Below, piece after piece: positions 1 through 62,375 of a stretch of 64,000 bases of DNA. The position numbers and the translations under genes were made by a program. Below the pieces are notes generated by a model that did not search any database, was not told where the DNA came from, and was given only the letters and a program-made list of their open reading frames with translations. This stretch comes from Octopus bimaculoides (taxonomy: Eukaryota): positions 149,880,681 to 149,944,680 of the forward strand of contig NC_068983.1 in assembly GCF_001194135.2 (NCBI RefSeq), given 5' to 3'. Within the stretch, counting starts at the first letter, position 1. Each line of letters starts with the position of its first letter.

Positions 1-1170
1 AAAACAAGGAATCCCACAGGATTTTACAAGAAAAAAATAAATAAATAAGAGGGAACCAAGATCACAGATACTGCTATGCCTGGGGATGCACGCGTAGATG
101 ACAAAGAGTTGGAAAAGATGAAAAAATACTACTAAAAGACGAAATTGCAAGAATGTGAGCAATGAGGAAACTGTTATCCCAGTAATTGTAGGGGCCCTCG
201 AAACACTAACAACCAGATTCGAGATAAATGTGGTTAATGATAAGAGATGCAAAGTTTTAGCACTTATAGAGTGTAAATCAAGACATGACAGAGTTGGTCA
301 ATATCTACACCGGTTAATATGTCGGCAGTATAAAATCAAAACTGCTGACAAATGGTATAAGCAACATCTTGAGGCTGTAATTGAGGGAGAAAAATGTAAC
401 GATTCTTTGGGACTTTCCAGTACATACAGACAGGAACCATCGAAGCTAATAAACCGGATATTGTTGTGAAAGACTAAAACAATAATCTCCGTCTATTGAT
501 TGACACGAGCATATCTTGAGATCATAATATCTGGGCAAAAGAATTTGATAAGCTCAGAAAATATAAAAATTTGCTGCTTGAAATCGAAAAAATGTGGCAT
601 CTCATGACGGTTACAAAACCAATGATTATAGGAGCAATTGGAATGATCAAAAAAGCAACTGAAAATCTTTGGTTTATCATCCATGCAAGAAGTGCAAAAG
701 ATTGTTTTAACTGGTACGTCACACGTATTAAGCGTTGTAGCCCGATATCAGGAATTTTTCTTTTCCTACAGTTTAATTTGTTGTGCGTATATGAAACAAT
801 AATAATAACTACGAAAGTTGCATCAATACAGAAATCCGCTCTATATTTGGAACGGCACAGATTTTTAGAAAGGTATTCGATATCTAAAGAATCTGGTTGT
901 GATCCGGTATCAAGTATATTGATTCAAAATGTAACACATTTGAGCATACTGTTAGTGGAACGACTCATGTACTGAGAAGAGCATTATCGCTGTGAAAACA
1001 ACATCCATTCATGATTTTTTTTTAAATACATATTTTACCTGTGAATTTGCGTGTGTAAACTGGGAATGCATACAACGAGTTTCTCTGCTCTAGGTGTACG
1101 GAAAACACTCGGCGAGAAATGGAAGAAAATTTGAAGAAAGAAGAAAAAAAAACAACAACATAATAATAAT
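1..1170 (+). mobile_element. Stack of R4/Dong-type (RLE) non-LTR retrotransposon 3' fragments
   Basis: RHDRVGQYLHRLIC, NRPDIVV-like segment, LLEIEKMWHL..PMIIGAIGMIKK, VIPVIVGAL and three (L)GT(A/T/S)xILR-type ends; 3' UTR runs into (TAA/CAA)n. Confidence 0.85.
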
Positions 1171-1281
1171 AATAATAATAACAACAACAACAACAATAAC
1201 AATAACAACAACACTAACATAATACGAAATGAATGATCTTGTATCTAGTCTAATATATTTAAAATATATTTCTTATTAAAG

Positions 1282-50777
<49,496 letters not shown>

Positions 50778-53137
50778 ATATCCTCCTACTTAAGCTTCAC
50801 CGATTTTCTTGCAAATCTGAAAGGCTGCCAGTTAATATCAGACCAAAGCTGTACGTTTTATAACTGATGCTGTATTCTAATATAAGTATTGAAAAGCATG
50901 ATCCTACTGTTGTCACAATACAAATTAACTACATATATATAAATATGTGTGTGTGTGTGTATTATGTATGAATGTATTACAAGTTGTACATGTCAAAAGT
51001 CTAAGTACTCAATATAATGAACATAAAATTATAATATATATATATGGGATGAGCTGTTTTAATGATGCGTCCTGCCCAAGCTCTTCGAAACGCCGGTGTT
51101 AAAACGTGGGTAGCTGATGAAGTAGAATGTTCTCTATGTGGCTTGTGTGTTTTCTCGTCTACGTTTTGTTTGCAATGTCCTGTACCCAGATATGCAGCTA
51201 TACATACAGGTGGATGTCAGTATGCACATACCTGTACGTATATATGCATATACTCATTTAATATTTGTTTATTTATATTTATATATANNNNNNNNNNNNN
51301 NNNNNNNNNNNNNNNNNNNNNNNNNNNNNNTATATATATATATATATATATTCTTTTAGTTGTTTCAGTCATTTGACTGTGGCCATGCTGGAGCACCACC
51401 TTTAGTCAAACAAATCAACCCCAGGACTTATTCTTTGCAAGTCTAGTACTTATCCTATTGTTCTCTTTTGTCGGAGTACTAAGTTACAGGGACACAAATA
51501 CACCATCTGTTGTCAAGGAATGGTGGGGGGAACAGACATAGACACACACACACACACAAATACATACGTGTGTATATATATATATAATTACATTTATTAA
51601 AACCTTATCAATCTATTATTATAAAATTCAATGCTCAAAAATGCTGAACATCAATTGTCAGACATTGGTTGACATCTTAATGTCCTATGGCCTCAACTAA
51701 GATGATGTTTTGAGGACAAAAAAGATGTTCCATTTACTTTTATTTGGTGCATTCTGGGCACTCCAAGGAATGTTTTTCCATTTTCTCAAGTTCATAATTT
51801 ATGGTCAAAGAAAATAACACACTGAAGGAGTTATGTACCTTGATAACTGAAGTTAACTTCTAGTGAATCTTAATTGAAACTTTATGAAGAAATGAATTCT
51901 AATCATATGGTCCGGTGCAACAAAAGAATGAAAATAAATAATAATGGGAAGGAAAAAGTAAAAACAGGAGCACATACTCAAAAATTATGCATCTGTGCAC
52001 TTCACTCTTATACTGCCATAAACACAATGTTTCATTCAGTATGGTTGGGCTCACTTGCATAATATGAACTGACCGGTGTGTCTACATTTATTGAATACTT
52101 TAGACTTGGCATTTAAGTATATTTCTGGCTTTCATGAAATTTTACCATGTCTTTTCTCCGTGGTACAGAGGCTACATCCTTTGTTACCTTTCAAATCAAA
52201 TCTAAATCATTCAACAAGCCTTCTCCTGTTGATATCAAATTTCCAGTCTTTTCTTTTAAAGGCCAGAACTAACTCAAGAGCCATGTTACATTTCATTTAT
52301 CAATGCTTCTGAAAGAAGAGACATGGCTATAACCCATTAAATTTATTCACTAGTTATTTTCCTCTGACCATCAATATTAACAAAAGTGAAATTCTGTCTG
52401 TCCATCGGAGACTCCTGTATCTCAGCCTACATAGACATATTATACCTTTTTTGGAATTGGGATGATCCTGGGATTGCAAATCTGCCCTTGAACATCCAAC
52501 ATTGGGATCTGATTTAGAAGCATTTTGGTTGCTATTTCTAGCAGATAAAGCTTGGCTAATTCACGCCATCTTGGTGGCATTTGTCAGATGATGTTAGAGA
52601 TCAAGGAAGAGATAAATGACATTTGCTTTTTTAATTTTACGTCAAAATAAGAACTTTGGAACAGTTCTTAATAGTTGGAATTTAACTTGGGACTGGAACA
52701 ATAGAACGATTGCATTGCAGAATTAATTCTCATCTGTCCTTAACCTCTGATCAAACACCACTGGGGCATATAATCATTATAGATGTATTATAGTTATGCT
52801 AGTTTGCTTATTTTAGTTTGGGGCTGCAGGCACAATTGGCCTTCCACAGAGCTAGCTTAAAAGTTTGCACAGAGTGCGGCTTTTAAGTGAGTTAATTATA
52901 AATTGCAGAAGGGAAAAAATCTGATTCCTCAGAATACACCAAATGTGAATAAAGATGACTTTCTGTTTTTTTGTGCTCAACACATATCACTTAATTGAGA
53001 CCACACAACTGCTAAAATATCGATCAATGTCTGACAATAGATAATCGATAAGTTTGAGCATTTTGAAACTTAAAATAACAAGAGATTGATAACTGGATTT
53101 ATAATTGTATGAATATATGCATATGTATGTATGTGTG

Positions 53138-53168
<31 letters not shown>

Positions 53169-53183
53169 GTATANNNNNNNNNN

Positions 53184-53219
<36 letters not shown>

Positions 53220-54726
53220 TTATATATGTATATATACGCACACACATGTGCACAATTACATTCATATACATATGCATGAATGTATATTATAAAGGTGACT
53301 CCAGATTTCATGATTAGTGTATGAGCTAGAAACAAGGAAGAGAAGAGTTTGTTTATTGTATCTATAACATCTAATGTTTTCTGGTTACTCCACAGTAAAA
53401 GTTGAAGTAATGAAAAACTAATCAACTTTAACCACATGTTTACTCTACTCAAAGTGTTGAGTACTTTTTTATTTTGCTTGCAATACTACTTGCAAATATA
53501 TATATATATCTTTATATATGTACATACATATATTATATATATTAATATTTTAGTTTTAAATCCAAATAATTTTCCAACTTTATTACTCAATTATGACATG
53601 ACTGGTAAAGCCAGTTCAATTATTTAAAACTTACATAACATTAAATATATTATTATATTCCTTTTCACAAATGTCTATTTTCTTTTGCTGTGTTTGTTGT
53701 TAAATGTCTCCCTTTCATTACATATCACCCAATCAGGAGAGGAAAAAGAAATATGCTGTCAGCCAAGTTATGTACATTAACCCTTTTGCATTCAGTTTAC
53801 TGTCAAATGTAATGCTTATTTATTCACATAGTTTCGGATTAATCATGTTTTATCTCTTAGCTACAAGATTTCAATGATGTAATTGTCTATTTTTACAATG
53901 ACCATTAAAGGGTAGGTGTGAGGTCAGAGCTGTCTTGATATGGTTGGTTTAAATGCTAAAGGAATCTATAACCTTTTCTCCAGGAAAATATTATGACTTT
54001 CAATAGATTTCATTCAGGTTCTTTTTATGGACATTGAGCCAATCATGTCTAAATATATTTCCAACATAAGAGAGGTTTCATGATTCCAATCGACATGTCT
54101 GAAGAGTCACCAATATCGCTAAGTGCAATAATTGGCATGAAACTGACAATAACATTCTGACCAGTTATATGCCATAACCAATAATATACTGTTCAGTCTA
54201 TATACTACTAAAACTCTGTGACTGCTTGCTTGCATGCATGCTCGTCTGTAATTTTATACAGCCAAACTGGCACATAATGGGAAAATACTCTGAAAGTAAG
54301 TACTCCTGAAATGTGAATACAAACGGAATAAAACAAGTTTCACGTAAATCAGACCACGGATTCCAGAGATGCGCGGTTTTTTGGGGGTACCTTCATAAAT
54401 AGCCAAAACCCCGCATAATAGGAAAATAATCCAAAAGCAATATAACCCTAAAAAATACAAAGTGTTTGTACAGTGAGTATTTATATTTCAGCTTTCTTTA
54501 AACAGACAATATTTTAATTATTAAAAAGTGTTTTTAAAAGAATATGATTTGAAAAATAGGAGTTGTTTGTAGAGTAAATATCTATATTTAGCTTTCTTTC
54601 AACAGACAATATTTTAATTATTTAGAAATATTTTTAAGAGCCAGAGAAGGTGAGTAAGATAGTGGTGAACGCCAACAAGATCGGGACAGGGATGCAAATA
54701 GAAGGATCTATGAGACTGATAAAGGA

Positions 54727-54975
54727 AGAGCTGAGCATCTGGCAGAACAGAGGAAAAGAGATAAAAGCAGAAGAGATCATGAATCAGGTGCTCAGAGAGC
54801 TGAGCATCTGGCAGAACAGGGAAAGAGACAGAAGCAGGAGAAATCATGAATTGGATGCTTGGAGAGCTGAGCATCTGGTGGAACAGAGGGAAAGAGACAG
54901 AAGCAGGAGAGATCATGAACTGGATGCTTGGAGAGCTGAGCATCTGGCGGAACAGAGGCAGGAGAGATCATGAAT
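54727..54975 (+). repeat. 69-bp tandem repeat, ~3.6 copies, encoding a 23-aa charged unit
   Basis: Unit AGAGCTGAGCATCTGG...GATGCTTGG = RAEHLxEQRERDRSRRDHELDAW. Confidence 0.85.
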
Positions 54976-57900
54976 CATATGCTTTAAACATGAACTTGTA
55001 AACCAAACCTATGATGACAGGAACGAATTGAAATATTTAACTGAATCATCATAAAATTAATTTTAATTTCAATGCAATGATACCAGCTCCAGCCAAACCT
55101 TCCAACCCATGCCAGCATGGAAAACATATTAAATGATGATGATAATCCCTCTATTTCTCATAAAATGATAATAATGTATAAATATGTGTGTGTGTTTGAC
55201 AATGATTTTAGCTTTTAAACAAAATAAATAAGCCTTTCATTATATCTTCTAATGCATCCAGCTGGATAATGGTTATTCATTAGAGATGCAGTTAAGGGAT
55301 GTAACTTATTCATCTACATCCCTAAGCCAAGTTGTTGGTGGATACTGGACTCTTTCTTTATTTTGAAGTGATGACTATAAACTGAGATCTATAGATCATA
55401 AATTCCTGTTATTGTCTACAATGGCATATATTCCTTATTGTAGATATTTTCTTTTATTTATGCCCCTCATTCAAGTAATGATGTAGATCCTAAAAGAAAT
55501 AATTCACACTAAAGTGGGAGAGTGACAGTTGTTCTTGGTGATTTCAGATAAACTCTGCCCAATCAGATCAACAGCTATCTGAAATTATCTTATTTCTGGC
55601 CCCACATTCAGTGACTGAGCATTATCATCAATATATGAATGGTCTTCAATAGTGATGATGCTACTGGTATGTTTGCCATCTAGTTACTTATAGGTGGGAA
55701 ATGGATTTCCTGAAAGGGTTCTGCAATGACCAAATCCAATTGTCCTTCAGCTACATTATTGAATCAGAAAAAACTGACTGCTTCAGTCTTTCCAAACATT
55801 CATATATAGACACTGTGATCCAACTGGTTCTGTGATGGAGAAAACTTAGCACTAAAAAGATGTCATCATCATTTAATGCCTATTTTTCCATGCTTACATG
55901 GGCCAGATAGAATTCATTAACCCTTTAGCATTCAAGCTGGCCATATCAGGCCCAAATATTCTACCTGTTTTATGTTCAAACTGACCAAATTAGCCGCTCA
56001 TACCTTCTCTATAACGTCATTTTTAAAAATAAACAATTACATCACCGAAATCTGAAAGCTGTAAGATAATGCAGGATAAATTCCAAGCAATGTGAAGAAA
56101 TATGCATTATACTTGACAGTGTAATCTGAATGTTAAACGGTTAAGGCAGATTCTCTACAGCCAGATGGTCTTCCTTTTACCAACCTTCACTTGTTTCCAA
56201 GCAAGTTAATATTTTCCTATGAAGACTGGAAATCTACTACAGCACCTGTTCAACAAAAATGCACATTTAATACTATCTCACAATGTCAAGATAAGGAAAC
56301 AGAAATAATATATATGTACTGGGCATTTTTCCCCATTTTGTCTATAAGGTTTTGGTCAGCCTTAGGCTATGATAATGTTGTAAATTATCCATCTGAGTTT
56401 CTAGACTGTAATAAACCAGTAGGAATCCTTCCATATGATCTGATGCTGTAAAATAGTGCTCTATACCTTGTAACCTAGATCATCCAAAATTTTGCAATGA
56501 CAAAGCAGTCACCATCAAAAATATGGTGCTTTATGTTCTGGAGAACTCCGAAACTAAAGACACATGACTAAATACTACAAGGCATTTTGTCAGCTGTTCT
56601 ACCGATTCTGCCTAACCAACATACAAATTCATATTTTAAAAACAGTTTATTTACATTTATACAAAAGTTATAATTATAAATAAATAATATTTTATGAAAC
56701 CAGCTGTGAAACAGTTCCTTTGAAGTTATTCATGTCACAAATGTGAAACACTGGACAAATTTTTTCATGATAAATGCAATCAGCCTGTCTGCACTTCATT
56801 GTAATTTCCCTTTGAACATCTGTAAAATAATATGTATACATTTAATAAAACAGTTTCATAGGGAAAGATAAGCACCTCAGAAACTGACAATGTCTCAACA
56901 AACTAAAGAAGGCCTATATAGTTATTTAGTCTGCAAAAAATTTAAGTCACAACTCTCTGAAATCACACACTATCAAGAAGTTACTAATAAATAAATGAAT
57001 AAATAAAAATGAGAAGATGGTCATGGCTGAAAAACTTTTGCTCAGAGGTTTGCTCAGTCAGGTCTAATCTGAGGCCTAGTCAGAAGAAACTGATATATTC
57101 AACTACACAGAATTGAGAAAACTTGTATATCACAGTTGATCATATAACAACATTGGTTGAAATGGTCATATTTTCACTGATGAACTCATGTTTTCAGTTG
57201 CTTCAGTACAGCTCAGAAACATTTCTCGAGACAGTTGACACATTTCACTTGCAATTTTAATTTTTACTGGTAGACAAAAAATACTTTTAATCCTATAAGG
57301 CCTAGTTATAGTTAAAAGAAAGTCTATTGTTTCTAGGAATGTGACACAAAGGTACCCAAAGTCTCAGTCTCCAGTAATTCAACAGTGCAAACAAAGGTGT
57401 CGTCAATTGAATCAACTCTACTATATATCATCAGAACTTGTTTTATAGATTTGAACCCAATATATAGAGGGACATAACTGAAACATCACAAGACCTTCAA
57501 CCCATCACTTCAGTGCTTTAATAACATTTTTTAAAAATATTAGGAATTCTTGTATACGCTTGAAGCCAAATTCTGTGAGGAAGTTGCAAAGTTGATGAAA
57601 TTTACCCAAACATATAGCTGGTAGGATAAAAAGCAAAACTGCCCTTTGTAGGATTAGATCTCAGGACCAAGAAACAAAATTAAATTATATAAAGCACTTA
57701 GTTCAGTATTCCACTACCCAAGCCATCAAGCTCTTTGCAAACAAAATTATATCTATTAAACTTTAATTTAATCATATTCTACAGCTACTGTGTTTGGTCA
57801 CATGTAAAGATCAATGAACGATCCAAAAGTAAATAAACTGAAATGTTTTTTGTTGCTTTCTACAGCTCAAAGAAAGATTACAACAGGGTACTGTAACACT

Positions 57901-59210
57901 TGTAAAGTATGTACTATCTTTGTAGACAAGAGTGGCATATATATATATACACACACACTTTTTTTTCAGTTTCCATCTACTAGATCTCACAAGGTTTTGG
58001 TGGTCAGCTTGGGGCTGTAGCAGACACTCGCCCAAGGTGCTGCACAGTGGGACTGAACAAGAAACCACATGGTTGACATAGAGCTGGCCAGCTGTGAGCT
58101 GTCCAGACTCCAATTGTCTGTTGTGGAATAGTTTCTATGGCTGGATGCCCTTCCTAATACCAAGCACTTAACAGAGTGTGCTGAGTGCTTTTTACATGCC
58201 ACTGGCTGACAAAAGATCCTGTAGATGCAAGTTCATAAGAGATGTTACTGTCAGTATGCATACATTATGTATGAGACATTGATGGCTATATAAATTGAAT
58301 ATGGCTCCAATTGCAATTTGTAGGATTTTTAATAAGTCAGGGAGCTATTTGTAACATCAGTGAATGTTTTATTTCCTTTTTCCTACAGCAGAGATGGTGA
58401 ATTCTTATCTACGCATGTGGCTGGCTGTTAATGTGTGTCATTGAAAAGGCCCAAAAAAGGTCAAAATGCATTTGGCATTCTCACTGGCCATTACTGGGAT
58501 GAATTTTCATCTTTCTCTGATATTTATTATGCTTTTCATACAGGAGGTGCATAAGAGATGTTATCTTAGGACAAATACTGCAGAAACTGGCTTATTAACA
58601 ATGTGTATACATGAAACAGGATACGTAGATGGCTATTTTAAACTTAAATATGGAAGACATACTGTCACTCCGTCAGTCACAACAATGAGTGTTCCAGCTG
58701 ATTTGATCAACAGAACAGCCTGCTTGTGAAATTTTATATGCCAGTGGCTGAGCACTCCACGGACACATGTACCCTCAACATAGTTCTTAGAGAGATTCAG
58801 CATGGCCTGCTGAAATACAGGAACAAATAATTTTTGCCAGTGGACTGGAGCAACATGAAATAAAATGTCTTGCTCAACAACAGAACACAACCTTACAATC
58901 ATGAGCTGAATACCCAACCACTAAACCATGCTTAGTGGAAGACAATTTGTCAATAATATAGTTAATAAAGATGGTGAGTACTATGACTGTACCTTTGGTA
59001 TTACCAGAGGTAATATTACACTATCTCAAGAATCAAATGGCTCAGGAAAAGATAGTTTTAAAAAAGGAAATGGACCTTGGTAAAATTCGAAATCAGAACA
59101 GAAATGGGACATAATTATAGACTGGAAGGCATTTTATCAAACACTTTGCAGTTTCTGGCTTTTCTCCACTCTCTTTTACACTACATTAAAGTAACTTACC
59201 TGAAGTAGCT

Positions 59211-59356
59211 TTATGACTCCTTGTTACCAGTATCATAACCTTTTATTTTCTGTAAACCTTCAGGTGTGACATCTTCTTGGGTGACATTTAAACCACTGAT
59301 AGTTATTTTTTTTACGTTTCCATCTCCAAAATTTATTAACCGAAGATAGTGTTGAG
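59211..59356 (-). CDS. Uncharacterised small single-pass membrane protein, coding exon 2
   Basis: Strong acceptor cttttctctcttttgttttatcattgtcag|CT; (A)QHYLRLINFGDGNVKKITISGLNVTQEDVTPEGLQKIKGYDTGNKES*; phase 1 matches exon 1; total 297 nt = 98 aa. Confidence 0.7.
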
Positions 59357-61665
59357 CTGACAATGATAAAACAAAAGAGAGAAAAGTGTTGTTCTCATAT
59401 TTACCAATTGAATAATCAAACACATCACAATATTAGCTGTTCAGTAGGTGATACTATGTGTAGAACAGGTAAGACTTAGGTAAATAGAAGTCAGAGAAAA
59501 TTAACATGACTGTCTGAGAGCAGACACTGCTATAGAGATTAGAATTTTCAGACTATATTATCTTTATCTGTATGCCATTTCATCAGACATCTTGTTCCAG
59601 GATGTGTTCAACATGAAATCAAGTGTGTGTGTGTGTCCATACATTTAATACATGTACTGAGCCTACGGGATTATTAAGTTGGAGCTTATCCCAGTCCAGC
59701 ACAAAGTTATCCCCCAGCTACTGCTTGTACTTGTTTCAGCTTGGTAGATTGTAGCAATATGAAAAAATGTGTTTTGTTCAAAGACACATCATGCCATTTG
59801 GTCTAGGAACTGAACCTAAAACATTAAAATCATCCAAGACATGAACCATTAGGTTACATGCCTGAATCATCATAATTATCATAACCAGTCTTTATGTTTG
59901 CTTATACCATGCTGATATGGTTTGGATGTTTTGACAGGATGTCAGGAGTTAGGACTACATCTTGCTCCAATACCACATATTTGTATGGCCTTTAAGACTG
60001 GCTGTCCTTCCTGATGACAGCCACTTTACAGAGTGAACTGAGTGCTTTTTTTTTGTGTGTGTGTAGCACCAGCACCAGTGGCTTGGGAGATGGACTCAGC
60101 TGTGTGAGTGGTGTGCATTTACATTACACACATATACATATATATATATGTTCCACTCATGACAGCATAGAAGGCAGACGCTAAACGATGGCTATGCAGT
60201 CATGAAGTTTGCTTCCAAATCACATGGTTTCAGGCTCAGTACCACAATGTGGCACCTCAGACAAGTGTCTTGTACTATAGCATTGGGTTAAGCGATCAGT
60301 GACTTTTGTCGATGGAACTAAAAGAAGCCTGTCATGTGTGTGTGTGTACATTTGTGACTCCTTGTGTTGACATTGCACAACAGATGCAAATGAGTGCCTT
60401 TCGTTTTCAATCTCTCAGAAAAATATGTCAGGCCATGAGGAAGTATTGCTTTGCTTGAAACATGTGAGGATTGACAGCAGAAAGAGTAACCGACCATAGA
60501 AAATCTACCTCGATGAATTCTGCCTGATCTATACAAGCATGAAAAAGTGGACTGTTAAAATGATGATATATATCCAGAAGATCCCTCTCCCTCTCTTTCT
60601 CTGTATACACACACACACACACGGCACCTATGGAATATAGGAAAACATGGGATGAAGTTGTAAGAGCCGATCTCAAGATGTTGGGACTCATGGAGATGAC
60701 AATGGACCAAGATGTCTGGCAATATGAGGTTCTTGAGAAAACCCGTCCACCTTATCGAACCAAAAGGACACCTCATGTCAAATCGGCATTGTCTCCATGA
60801 ATATAGACATCGGAAACATATGTCAGGTCAATGAAAATAGGTCAATCTTATAACCTTTAAGAAATAAAAGCACAGCACGCACACACGTGCGTAGTGTCTT
60901 AGCCCTCATTATTGCTCCATATTCTAAGCATCCCTATCTAGGAGGATCTTGCTGATCACGTAATATAATCACAATTCTGTAAAATACTAGGGTTCGCAAT
61001 TTCCCATTCCGTTGCCAGGTGGCTAGGGAGCAAGAACAGATCCAATGCTTGACAGTGATGACCCTCTTACAGAATTACCTACTTTTTGTAAATATTTTTC
61101 AACAAACAAAGGGGCGGAGATAAAGAATACGTGCACCACTCGTTTTGGGCGTAACAAAAATCCTAACCCTAAACACCGGGTGTACGTATTCTTTACTTTC
61201 GCCAACAAATGCTTATCGGGAAAGTAAGGTGTTTTAATGTTTACAATTAGTCCTTCGACACTGCAACTTTTTGAGGTCACTTCCGGTTGTGTAGTCTGAC
61301 TTTGAAACCACCGAATTCAACAAGATTGATTTAAATTTTTAATATGCAGTTCGAGGTTCTAAAATACCACCCCTCCAAACTTCACTTAATCTTTTAGGAG
61401 TAAGTCGGATAACCAACAGTTTAAGTGTTACTCGTATTATCTGTATTAAAAAAATGTATTATATTCCTCAAGAATTATTATTTAAAACAAACATCGGCGA
61501 TCTTACGTTAAGATCGCCCAAATATCATTTCTTTCTAATGAGAAAAAAAGACAACTATTTCTGAATTCTATAATAAAAAATGAAAAGTAAAGCTATGTCT
61601 AAACCTGTATGTAGAAAGAATGCTGTAAGTTTATAATGACATAAAACAAGTCATTAAACATTCAC

Positions 61666-61816
61666 CTCCAGACGCGTTTTTCCATTGACCAGGTTCTTTC
61701 TTTTCTCCTTCAGTGATGAACCGTTTATATAATGTTAATCCGATAATGTTCCAAGTTCCAAAGAACACCAAAGCTGTCCCCAATGTTACGGTACGACCTT
61801 TAACGTATCGTCGCAT
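61666..61816 (-). CDS. Uncharacterised small single-pass membrane protein, coding exon 1
   Basis: MRRYVKGRTVTLGTALVFFGTWNIIGLTLYKRFITEGEKKEPGQWKNASG then G|gtgaat donor; phase 1. Confidence 0.7.
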
Positions 61817-61938
61817 TGTGAATGCTTGTAAGACTGGACCAAGAGGAAAGTCATAGAAATACGAAAGTCCGGCTATTTACGAAAACTAGAGTTGTTCCCC
61901 TTTAAGATCCGGTTCTTCGCGCCAAATACGAAAGCAAA
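61817..61938. promoter_or_regulatory. Bidirectional promoter / 5' UTRs between divergent ATGs, with E2F motif
   Basis: Only 122 bp between the two start codons; TTCGCGCCAAA at 61916-61926. Confidence 0.65.
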
Positions 61939-62086
61939 ATGGCTGTCTACGTGGATTTATCGAAGTGGCAGCAAGCAGATGTAGCTGATCGATGCCATTA
62001 TATGCCCTGTATTATAAAGTACAGCGGTGAAACAAATGCTGAAAAGTATTTTGAAACAACTATTCAAGAGGATGACGACAAAAAGG
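61939..62086 (+). CDS. RNASEH2C: Ribonuclease H2 subunit C, first coding exon (rest beyond window)
   Basis: MAVYVDLSKWQQADVADRCHYMPCIIKYSGETNAEKYFETTIQEDDDKK then G|gtatat; fits the RNase H2C N-terminal motif H(L/Y)(L/M)PC.I..(D/S)G....YF..I. Confidence 0.82.
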
Positions 62087-62375
62087 GTATATGAATACGA
62101 TTATTTCTTCTTGTTTGATGATGATGTTGAAGCATCTTTCAGAACTTAAATTCGTATTTCTGCAGTAAGTGTTCAAATTTCACCGTAGTCGATAAAATAG
62201 GAATCAGTAAGACACTAGAATTTGTTTAATTATTCCTTTTCCACTGGACGAAAGCTATCTTTTTTTTTTCTTTTCTGAAAATTTGATCAGTAAAAATCTC
62301 ATACAACTACAATAACTCAGCAAGACTTCCATTTGTACCCCCTCTAAAAACACCCCTTTTTTTATTTGATTTTTT

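Noticed and set aside
56191-56451. 86-aa ORF as a further gene
   Set aside because: Non-ATG start, no motif and no convincing splice context.
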